Shown here piece by piece: positions 14,228 through 26,405 of a stretch of 64,000 nt of DNA. Position 1 is the first letter of the stretch. Each line of letters starts with the position of its first letter. The notes beneath the pieces were generated by a model. It saw nothing but the letters and a program-made list of their open reading frames with translations, did no database searches and had not been told where the DNA came from. The translations under genes and the position numbers were made by a program. Location: assembly GCA_964247055.1 (NCBI GenBank), contig OZ176054.1, positions 7,936,001-8,000,000 on the forward strand, read 5' to 3'. The DNA is from Paragordius varius (lineage: Eukaryota > Animalia > Nematomorpha).

Positions 14228-17200
14228 TCATCGATTCCAAAATCATTTCCAATCGCAAAATGTGAGAAGTTAAAAAGTTTGAAAACTTCGACACCAAGTA
14301 AAAGCATGCCGTCTATTTCATCATCATCAAAATTGGGCAAAAAATCTAAATTGCCAAAAACATCGCGTAAATTTTTATAGTTAAATTAAAATATCTAAAC
14401 TTTTACCTTTTGATTGTTTGTTATATATCAATCAGCATTTTAACATATGTAAAATTTTATAATAGGCATGTTAACATCTCCAAATACATCGAAAAATGAT
14501 AGTCACACCGAAGGTCAAAAATCAGAAGATATTCAGATTATTGAAAGCCAACAATTTTCTACGGACCAACTTCAACAATTTATGCACCAATATTCCAATA
14601 TCCAGCAAAATCAAGTTCCATATTCATTTAAAATATTTAGATGCAAGAATTGTTCACTAAACAGTATAAACAAGTTATTCAACAAATACAAGATCAATTG
14701 CAACTTAATTTAATCCAACAATCTCAATTACTACAGCACCAAAGTTGTGCTAATAATTCCATACCGGCTTCATCATCATCAAACTCTCAGAATGTTGACG
14801 TAAAAATTAACATTAAAAACTTTTATTAAAATTTATAATATATGTTTAAATTAAATAAATATTTTTTATGATTCATTATGGATTTAGAAAAATTTTGATG
14901 AATTTGATCCGGTTAAATTACAACAGCAATTACAACATCTTGCGTTACAGCAGCAACAGCTGATCCAACAAGCTCAATCATTGCAACAACAATTTTTATC
15001 TTCATCTCAACATGCAGCTATTCCAAGTATACTAATATTATAATAAATCATACTTTAGAAACATTGGATTGATTTGCTGATTTTAATATATATTTTTTTC
15101 TATATCGCATAAAGATTTAGCATCACCGTCGAAAGATTTTGGTGCAAACATTACCAATAATTTGGTGTCACAAATGTCAAGTATATTATTGAAACAATAA
15201 ACCTAAATTATCTATAAATATAGTTCGTAATCTAAACATATTTTAAATTATAGCAAACAAATCATCGCCATTAACAGTTAATTCTCTAACAAAATCAAAT
15301 ATGCAAATGCGAAACGTTACTCAATCAGGCCAAATAAATTTACCATACTCATTTGTTAATAGCCATACAAATCAAAATTTGGACTTCAACAATATCCAAC
15401 AAATGCATGATATGTTAAATATTAATTCATCAAATGTACATAATGGAGCTGGTTCTTTTCCAAACCCTTCAATTAAACAACATCATATGTTACAAACTAA
15501 TGAACAAATTAATTTTCAACCGGCTATTAATTCTTCCAATCGTATAATTGGGAATCAAAATTCTGCTGGCATAAATTTCATGGGGGGAAAATCACATGGC
15601 AACAATATGGGTTTCTTATCGGAAATCGGACAACTTCAAAACAACGTTTCAAATTTATCAAACACAGCAACTTTTCTCGACATAACTGGATTGGGAGGTT
15701 ATTATTTATTTTTTTCATTCATGTGTCATGCATGGCCTAACGTAGAAATGGGTAATAACTTATATATCTGACTCTTTTTGGCCAATCAATACAATGTATA
15801 ATAACACATTAGAGGGACACCCGCAAATTTTTAGAAGTCGTTTTCCCTCATAAACTGTTTTTCACCAGTTTTTGCTGATTGCCATTTATTTTTTGATAAT
15901 ATGTGACAATTAAGGATTTAAATGAAAAATTAAATTTTGAAGTTAAGAGCTTATAGATGTGGATATTAAACCATATACAACCGAATCATGAGGGGTAAGT
16001 GAATAGCTATTATAAAAATATCCATTAATTTAAAATATTCTTTTTAATTTAGTTTTTTATTCTACTATCATTGCTTGATATGGTAAGTAGTTCTCTTGAT
16101 GGATATAGTTTATGACAAATATTATTATTAACTATATATTAGTTCTTTTGTCATGCAGAATCTATATTTAACAGCTTTATATTTAACATATAATAGGTTT
16201 AAACTTTATGTCGCCTGGAGTTGGTTCTAATACCAATGCCTCTACAGGTTTAAACAACAACAATACTTCTGCAAATAATATGAATAACATTAACAACCAA
16301 AATAATGTCGATAGTAACAATAATCCAAATTCCAATGCAAATAACTTTTTTATCCCTTTGTACGGACCTGGGGGTCATTGTAAATGGCCAGGTTGCGATA
16401 CCCGTGTTTCCGATTACAATATGTTTGTAAGGCACGTTAATACAGACCATACCCTGGATGATAGGTCTACAGCCCAAACGCGTATTCAAATGCAAGTTGT
16501 GAATCAACTTGAACAGCAGGTCTAAATTTGGTTTCTTTTTAAAAACAAATATGTACGATAGCTAAACAAATTGATAATAAAAATGCTGGATTACTTATAA
16601 TTTTTTTGGTTTTAAACATGTATAAGGTAAAAAACAAAAAATGGATTGTAATATAAAAATATGATTATAGGCAAACAAATTTATTATTAAAATGCTGGAT
16701 TATTTATATTTTTATTAGGTTTTAAAAGCATGTATATGGTAAAAACATAAAATGCTTACTAAGAATGAACATAAGCAGACAAATATATCATATGTCGGAT
16801 TATTATAATTTAGTTTTTCCCTTTTTAAGCAGATAAAAAATTTAAGATAAAATGTTTGAAATTGATTATCGTATAAATTTAATATTAAAATGCTGGTGTT
16901 TCTATATATTTTTCTCATTTACAAGCATATAAACATTAAAATTAAAAATTGTATAGTAAAAAAGGGAAAGATTATGAAAAGAAATTATTAAACTAAAATT
17001 TTGGGAGAATTTAGCGAGCGGGGAAATTGTGAGTTTAATTATAAAATGAAGCGACAGTAATTAAATCCTTGAAAATCTATTATACTAAAATAATGCAAAC
17101 CATAAATTCTTGTATTTTTTTAATGTATAATATAAAATGAAACACTACTTTTTACTTAAAACGTATCAAATGTTAGAATTCTGTTTATCTTTTTATTTTT

Positions 17201-20200
17201 TTTATACATTTTATGACTTATATAATTTTATGCATAGTTATCACGCGAACGTGAAACATTGCAAGCTATGATGTTTCACTTACATATGAAACCACTTTTG
17301 GCCGAAGCCAATACCAATAATATTTCCTCCAATAATGGCTCTTTGTTAGAGGCCCAAACCAATTTGTCAAATCAGAATACGGGGTTCAATCAACAACATC
17401 AGTCATTTCAAAATCAAATTGAACCAAAATCAAATTCTATCATAAATAATTCATCTGCTTACCCAGCTGGAAGCAATTTAAATGACCACACCAAATTTTT
17501 GATGAATGGGATAGATATGTTGCAACAACATCAACAATCACAGTATATTTTTGTATTATAATATCAAATTTTAGTTTTAATTGGTAGTTTTTTAAATTGG
17601 ATAAATGGAGAGTCAGTTTTATAAATAATATAATTCAAATCAAACGCCTTAATACTCTACTAAAGAGATTTAATTAAAAAATTATAACTATCAATTCATT
17701 TAAATTATTTTTAGGGAGTGCTTGTGCAAATTTTGTATTTTTCATTTACAATAAATATCTATATATTTTTTTATCATTGTTGAAGCTTTTTGGACCCAAA
17801 TTAAAAAAGAAACAATTTTAACCAACTAGTCTACTCTAAATTATGATATAATGCGTTTTTACATTTTTTATGAAAATATTAACTTTTTTGGTTTGAATAT
17901 AAAATACAGTGGATAAAATAAAAGAATATTTGTAATAATTAATATTAGAAGTAAAGAAATGAATATTAGTGAAAATAAAAAAAACAAGGGGCCATGGTGC
18001 ACGAGTAAACCTTACCATGCCCAACAAATAATAATTATTTTTTACTATTTACTAATGAAGCGAAAGAATATTACGTAGTAGTATGGTATTACATTCTCAA
18101 TAAATGCCCTTCCTTTCCATTTTTTCTTTCATTAATAGTAAAAAATAATTATTATTTGATGGGCATGGTAATACTTACTCGTGCACCATGGCCCTTTGTT
18201 TCTTTTATATTTTCACCAATATCCATTTTTTTACTCCATTACAAATATTTTTTTATATAATCCATGTATCAAATTAATTGTGTTTGTGTTACTTATTAGG
18301 CCATCGTCATCTTTATTTCCACGTAATGCCCAATTACCACCGCCACAACAACAGCAAATGATTAATAATGCAAATGGTTCAAATATTTATACATTGGCTT
18401 CTCTAGAACACTCAGAATCAAATAACAATAATAATAATTTCAATAGCATGAAAATTAATGTCCATTCCCCTAACCAAGTTATTACAGGAAATAAACAACA
18501 AAACATATATGGTATACGATAAAATATTTACTAATCATTCAAATTTTTTTACCTTGGGTGTATGAAATTGTTTAGTAAGTTACTGAGCCATTTATTTGTA
18601 TATTTGAACAAATATTTACTAATTTTTTGAAGTTTGTGCATTTGAAAAATCTCTGTTGAGTCACTTTTATAATTTTCTTAATTTTTGATAATAGGAGTGT
18701 TTTTATAACAAAAACAATATTTTTGCATTATTTTAATTATATTTCGACGTAAGCAATCTATGCTATAGAAGAAATTAATTTTATCAATGAAGTTTTTTTT
18801 CAGTGGTTTACTTTTTCCATACATTATGTACTTAACACCCTTATTACCATTTAATATGGAAACATATCCTCTAACATTAATTTTTTAATATTTAAATAAA
18901 AATTTTTATCCATATAATATTTAAAGGGCAGCCAAAGAAATTAGAATATACAATTTGGAGTCTCTTTTTTTTCTTTTTTATTAAAGAGTAAGTAAGGATT
19001 TAAATTGTATCAGGACTTGTGAAGGCTTTAACACTCGCCTGCCTCTTAGGACTGACACTGATGATTGAAAAAATGCGTAGCTTCGGAGTTTATCTGGTAC
19101 TCCTTAAACATAGCCTTTCACGAATTCTAAGATACAATCTCATAAAAAACAACAAAGTCCTATTGCCACCTCCCCGTGGTGTTGGCTGGGGCATGAAAAT
19201 GCGCTAACGGCAAAGGCCAGTTTTCTAATGATCTGTAAAATCATTAGTTGTACACAAGGGCATGTGTTACGTAAAAAATTGCCTCAATAAACCATGAAGT
19301 ATTAACTACTTCGTGGATACAAAACTCCGAATATGGAGTCCTAAAATTATCCATCCATTTCTATAAGATGAATTCTTTAATAATGGTTTTAACAATCTTT
19401 CTCCACACACATACTTATTTATATAGGTGAGTCTGATGGCCAAAAAATGTTACAAAACCACCAACAATCTACGGACACTAATAATAATAATAATAATATC
19501 AACGCAGGAAACAGTAGTACTGCTTCGAATACCAACAACACGAATAACACGACAACCATTATAAATACAGCAAGTTTACAACTTCAACTCCAACAAATAA
19601 GGGAACAATTGGGTGATGAACTCTTTAACAGTCTTATCATGAATAATCCAGCTCTCCTAACTAATTTAGTCGCGGCCGCCGCAGTTAATTCTACGACCAA
19701 TAATACAGGTATTTCCGTAAAAATACTAATTTGAATTTTTCGTAAAATTTATTAAATTTTATTAAATTTCTTTTGTTTTTAGTTCATTTGTTGAAAAAGA
19801 GATACTATCATGTATCAAAATTTTTGGATGTGGCTCAATTTTAATTTAGCTATTATTTTTACATAAAATATTCGTTTTCATTTGCAATAATTACAGATAT
19901 TGATTGATTATCGATTGTGGGATAAATTGCACATTTGCTTTTTAGGGTATTTTTAACCCCGAATAGGGAAAAGGTTGTACGCTCAAATATTGTTTAACTG
20001 TCGTTTTAACTTTTGTCTATTTACTAAATTGGAATGGCTTTAGAGTTTTTATTCAATTTCCTTTTTTGCAGATATCATAATAATTTTTATTGATAACTAA
20101 ATTGCAAACTTAATGCCGTCATATCAAATTAATACAAGTAAGTAAATAATTGTATTGTATAAAAATTAAAAATTATTTTGAATGATTGTTTTAATATATG

Positions 20201-23200
20201 CCATTTATCATGTATTATTAGTCATAAGATAGGTTTTAAGGTAATACATTTTTTTTATTTTTATGTTTATGTACTAATTGTATTTGTAAAACTAGATTCT
20301 GATAACGCAAATCAGTTGTTCGATAATACCAATAACATGAATGATTATAATATGCAACAACAGCCACAACAACAGGAATACATAATCATTAAATCTGAAA
20401 ATGGGATAAATGGTATTATTTATTACCCTTTCAAATTAAATTTTAAATTTGATTTAGGTTAAATTGTTTTGTGATGTTTCGTAATGGTAGAATAATTATA
20501 AAAAAGGTTGTTTATTTTATGAATAAGATAAGGTTTTACACCCATTTTTTTATTTTAAATGTAATTTTTACATTTTTGTTTCCATTTGGCAAATATAATA
20601 TTATTGAATTACTAACCGCTTTAGACGTCACTGAATGTTTTTAAACCCTGACATGTAACCTTTTATTAAATAAAGGTATTTGTTTGCAAGTAGTATATAA
20701 ACTTAATTTTTATAGTTATAGAATTTCACTTGATAGCTTTATAAAATATTTTTTGTTTTTTACGATAAAAAATAGTGTATTTGAGATTTTAAGCGTTTAA
20801 GTCTATACAGGTTATAGATTAAATATTTTATTTACAAAGGATGGTATTCATTAAATTTTATCCAATATATAATTTTTCCATTAAAACAGACCTCTATTTA
20901 TATAAATTAAAACATAGTCATATAAAACATTTTTATTTAATTTCTAGGCGCAAGTCCTGACATTAATCAATTTTTGTTGAGTCAAAATTTCCAATTAGGC
21001 AGCGGACAAGAACAAATATCCAATAATAATAATAATAATTCGCAGCAATTATTACAAGCCGTGGGTCTCCAACATTTAAATATTCCCATATTCGGAGATG
21101 CCAATTTGGTATAAACGTATTAACAATTTTTTAATTATAAAAACTTAATTTTCTGGATTATTTATGATACCAATAAAGCTATAACGTTATTTTCATTATA
21201 TATTGCCAATTAGTATTTACATTTTTGAAAAAAACATAATTCATAGAATTTTTTTAGCTTTTTCTTTGCTTTTACCCTATTTTTACTGTAAACGCTATCA
21301 GGTAATACTTAATGAAAAACTAGCAATGCATTTTTACTCATACCGTCTTTGATTTTTATTTTATTGAATGCAACAAATTTTGTCAAATTTGATAAATATT
21401 TATATGATACAAGGAAAATATTTCCTCTACTTATTCCTAATAAATTTGTAAAAAATTTGATAAAAAAATTTAAAAAATTTATATTTACATTTTATTTATT
21501 TCAACGCAGCAAAATCAACAACAACAAGGGCTAGCTTCAGCCGGTCTCCTGAGTTTAAGCGATTTAAATGCATCAAATATGGGCGGCCAACTTCACAACA
21601 ATAACAAAACACCGACCAATTTAACCAACATCATTTCCGCCGCATCTAACATCGCTACACCAATCACATCAAGCACAAAAACTTCCCACAAAAGCGGTAA
21701 TAATAAATCAGCAAACAATACAACGACGCCAAATTTAAACGCGAACAAAAGGCGTTCAAGTGCAAACACGAGTGGAGAAAAAAATTTGGCTTTGTCAGGG
21801 ACGCATAATGCCACACCCCGAGAAATTAGTAAAAATCGTGAATTTTATGCCAGCAATGATGTCCGACCACCCTTCACATACGCTAGTCTTATCCGGCAAG
21901 CCATAATAGAAAGTCCGGAATGTCAACTGACACTCAATGAAATATATAATTGGTAGTTAAAATTTAGGATTTTATTAGATAAAAGTTTATTATTATTTAT
22001 ATTAGGCCACCCTCATACCCCTCTCCAATTTAGCTTCTGCTATATGTATAACAGGTCCATAGACTAATTTGATCATGTTGTTATTTAAATAACCTCCTAG
22101 CTTTTAAAAATATAACTAGTGTAAGGTTTTAATAGCTTTTCAAACTTTTCAATTATGTTAGAAACTAAAACAGTAATTTTATGTAAGCGTAATGCAATTA
22201 TAATTTTATATGGGCGTTGTTAATTTTATGAGTTGGAGCATTTGAGGAGGCATTAAAACTATAAAACTACTGTATGTACGAATCATTTCTTAATTATATT
22301 TAATTTTTGTTTTTATATTGGAATGATAATTTTACATGTTTTTTTCTCATAGGTTTCAAGCGTCATTTGTATACTTTCGTAAAAATGCGGCAACCTGGAA
22401 GAATGCCGTGCGACACAATTTGAGTCTGCACAAATGTTTTGTTAGGGTTGAAAACGTTAAGGGAGCCGTTTGGACAGTAGATGAAAATGAATATTACAGA
22501 CGAAGGTTAAATATTGTTATTTTAATTATAACTTTAATAACGATTATTATAATCCATTTTCTGCGTATTGTTTCACAACATTGTGCCCAACACAAATGGC
22601 TTCACGGGTTGCATTTTCAATCCCAAAACATCGGACCGCATTTGAAAAATATATGGCCATTAATAAATATTTTATTCGGATTTAAACATAACACTGTAAA
22701 AAACACCATATTATAAATACTATTTATTTTACCAATTTTCATTAGGTTGGTGTTAAAATTTGGGGCACGAATATGTTTAAGAATAGTAGTTTTAATTTAC
22801 CAAGATTTTGCAAATAGAATATTTTCACACATAATAAAAATTTGTATTAATTTGGCATTTTTCAAATATCTTGGGGGGCCGCATGCGGGATGTGTTCTGC
22901 GTGTTGGATACACCTGAACTCAATATATTCGAACCAACAAAAAATGAGAATGATTATAATTTTTATTTTTGATGATTTACAGATCAGCTCTCCAAAGTAC
23001 TTCGAAAAAATCTACCAATACATCCACCTCGTCAGTGACAAATAACAATAGTTTAACAGATTCTACATTAAGTATCATACCACAAAATTTAGGGAACGTA
23101 TCGGGTGGTCCCTTATCATTTGGTCCAAATACAACCTTATTAACACCCAATTTGGATGTGCTTGGTAAACATGGTTAGCTAAAATTAATTTACAAAAATA

Positions 23201-25965
23201 CCAATCATCGTTTGCAATTTTTCTCTTTTACCTTTTAGGGTTGTTCCAAAGCGATTTTAGATTTGAATATCCTAAAATATACCGTTAAAATATTGGGCGG
23301 AAATCAAAAAATGCATTAAATAAGATTTATGCCCATTATAAAAAAATATTTTAAACAATTTTAAATTGTAAAGGGATAATACACTAAATCTCTTGCCCAA
23401 AAATATATATTTATATCCAAAAATGGGAAAAGCTATTTTAATATATATATATATAAATAACTTTTAAATTAAGTTTTAAACCTCTTCTTCAAAACCCACT
23501 CCAAAATGTATTTAACGAGTATACTGCATTCGTTACCAAAATAATTCTGTATTTTTGCTATAATGATAGGTTTATTGAGTAGTATCTCACCCGATCAGAT
23601 AAATGAAGTCAAACCCAACCATATAATAAGTTTTCAAGCTTTGGAAGATGCAAATACTACAATATCCACTATAAATTGTAGTACCAACTTGGCTCAAAAT
23701 TCTATCCACAATGTTTTAGCAACACGCGTCGAAAATCAAGAAATTAAAACAACACTATACATAAATTTACCCCCTAACCCAAATAACAATGTTAATGAAC
23801 TTTCAGACGAAAATAATGATCAAAATAATACCAGTTTAGGTGAACAAGATGTTTTTTTGAATGAAACTTCATCGGTGACAGACGCCCACACAGTACATGA
23901 CATGCAACAATACCTTTTGTTGCCTTCTTCTATCACGTCAAAAGCTGACATCTCAATCTCCTCATCCATGGAACAAAATGAAATTATGGATAATATTTTA
24001 ACATCTATACCCGTTGCCAATAGCAACGCATTAGACAATGTTAGTGAAGGCAATACTAATGTTGATGATGCTGAAACTGATACAAACAAAAATATACTTG
24101 GGTTTGTGATCATTACATAGTTTTGTATTAAGGTTGAATTTATATGGATGATTTGTTTGTGAATGTGTTATTATTATCTCTGATAATGTATAATTTTGTG
24201 CATTTATGCGGTAAAAAGTTTTATTATTAGTTTTAAGGTTCTTTTAATTTTTTAATTTAAATTTGAATGACTCTGAGCAAATATGATTTTTATATTATTT
24301 AAGCAAGAAAGTCGAAAAAAACCATGCTTGCTTTCGAGGAGTTTTTCCGTATTAATAAAGTTAAAGACCCATATAACTTATATTATATGGAATTCATTGT
24401 ATCAAAATGGAATTAAAAACTATAAATTTTATAATTTATTCCATTGTTCACATATAGCTTTACGATAGATCCAACAAAGCCATCATTATCTTACCAAATA
24501 AACCAAAATGATAATTGTTTAACAGATGCGCAATCCGATCAACAAATTAAAGAAAGCGAAACATTTGAAAATAAACCGATACCCTTATCATCCACTCTAA
24601 TGAACACGGATGATATATTTTATGAAACGACTCAAAATATCAATGATAATTTTAATCATCAAACTCATGAGGAAAAACCTAATTTGTCAACATTATTCAC
24701 AAACCAAAAGACCAAATCCCCATCCCCAGTTAGGTTTGACGGAAATGAAATGGAAACTGAAAACAATACAGCGCCTATTGTTTCTGATTCAATGCAGGAA
24801 ACTTTATTAGAGAGTACGTTAAATATAAGTTTAGAAAAAATATTTATTTATAAATTGTATTTTTTTCTTAAATTGAGAGACTGTCATATAAATATGCTTT
24901 CATCGAAAGTTTTTTTAAATTTTTTGCTGTGTTTTTTTTTTCCATTTAGATACGATAGAATCAAATCATCAACCTTTATATGCTACATCGGATATAGATA
25001 TGCTCAACCAACCTAATCAGATCTCAACAAATTTTGAAAACCGCAGTACTACGGATTCAATAAGGAATTTAGAACGGTATCGATAAATTTATTTAAAACT
25101 AAAATAAATTTTCTGTTTTTAAATAAAAAAAAAGTTTTTATAAAAAAAATTAAGTATGAAAAATAACTATTTAAAACTAATTAGGAATACGCCTATGGAT
25201 GCGATTAATCTGCAATCCACAAACCTTAACTCGACAAAAGTCTTAGATGACCCAAATCCAGGACATAGTATAACTACTAATGGTAATTTTGTCAAATATA
25301 TTATAATTTGACATTCAAATTTCGGATTAATTATCTAAGATGATATTTCACTAAGGTTTCAATAATTTTACATTTCGTTAATTTCACAAAAATTAATATA
25401 ATTTAATATTATTTGTTTTTGCCCTTATTGCAGAAATAAAAGAAATGGAAAATAATTATCACCAAAATACACAACAAACCTCATATTCAGACGAATCAAG
25501 GGACCAATCATTGAGGGATTTAAAACCCGATTCAACTATCCAAACTTTTGCATCTAATGTAATGGTAATTGATAATGAGGTTAATCATTCTGAAACTGAA
25601 CAAAATTCTCAGTTAACTCAAAAATTTAATCAGGCTACTTGTGATGTCAATAGTACGGATGACATTGCCTCAGTTATAACTTATCCAAATACATTAACGT
25701 CTTCGAACACGTGCATCACAACAGATCATTCGTTTCAACCACTAAAAGATACTGGTAAATCATTTTATGTTTTTGAGCTCTAATTTGTTTTGTATAATTA
25801 AATATATTGGTATTTAACTGTTTTAAAACAAAACTTATGCTTTTGAGCGTTATGGTTTACTTTTAAAACATATAATTTACATATGGATCATATTTAGATA
25901 AAATCAATGTTCCAAATTTAACCGCATCAAATGATGTATCAATAAATCACACCATGTCTGAATAA
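14228..25965 (+). CDS. FOXP: FoxP forkhead transcription factor, about 21 exons and roughly 1,600 aa; true start may lie upstream
   Basis: Q-rich N-terminus, C2H2 finger plus leucine zipper (CKWPGC...[28 protein letters not shown]|[18 protein letters not shown], 16.4-17.3 kb) and a FoxP forkhead ([18 protein letters not shown]...NEIYNW|[44 protein letters not shown]). Splice phases are mostly consistent through to the TAA at 25963-25965; the 24.1-24.95 kb junctions are less certain. Confidence 0.95.
16578..16930. repeat. Three degenerate dispersed copies of a roughly 60-bp motif in a FoxP intron
   Basis: TAAAATGCTGGATTA...GGTTTTAAA..CATGTATA recurs at about 16580, 16690 and (weaker) 16887. 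Confidence 0.5.
17907..18266. mobile_element. Hairpin MITE (Tc1/mariner-like TA|CAGTGG ends) in a FoxP intron
   Basis: Long inverted arms (GGGCCATGGTGCACGAGTAA..TTACCATGCCC versus its reverse complement at about 18160-18195) around a roughly 55-nt loop, flanked by TA. Confidence 0.75.
19147..19216 (+). ncRNA. HDV/CPEB3-class ribozyme fold with an imperfect P1, sense in FoxP intron 18512-19426
   Basis: P2 CCU(A)UUGCC/GGCAAAGG; P3 ACC/GGU; L3 UCCCCGU; P1 3' strand GUUGGCU; P1.1 GG; P4 GCAU-GAAA-AUGC; J4/2 GCUAAC with the putative catalytic C at 19204. Folded by eye. Confidence 0.7.
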
Positions 25966-26405
25966 ATATCCACATCAAGAAGGTGGTGGAGAAAACAGTG
26001 TTTAAAAGTTTTGGTTTGGGTAGTTTTTTGAAAACTAAAAATGGCAATATATATGTGCTTAGAATTATGAACCCTTTTGTTCCATATTGTTATATGATTA
26101 GATTATATAATTAATATAATTATTTGAATACATAGACAACATCATTTTATCCTATTTATGTCAGGATGCATTCTTAATTCATTTTATTATTCATTCATTC
26201 ATTCACATATTTATGATAAGTTTACACAGAGACCCATTTCATTATATTTTCTTCAATTTTTACAATAGATTGATTGATTCATTATATATTGTATTGGTGG
26301 TATATTATTATAATTTATTCTATAATAATAATTCAATAAAATATATTATTTAAAAATTTCAATCAAAATAAATAAATTGAAATATAGGCATGTATATCAT
26401 AAATA

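Noticed and set aside
14086-14340. Minus-strand ORF ([11 protein letters not shown]...) and other antisense ORFs at 16250, 21593, 23820, 31406, 53820-55948 and 58556
   Set aside because: They are antisense shadows of plus-strand coding exons.
19058-19075. CTGATGA hammerhead core upstream of the HDV-like fold
   Set aside because: It is followed by TTGAAA with no stem II, and no stems I or III could be built.
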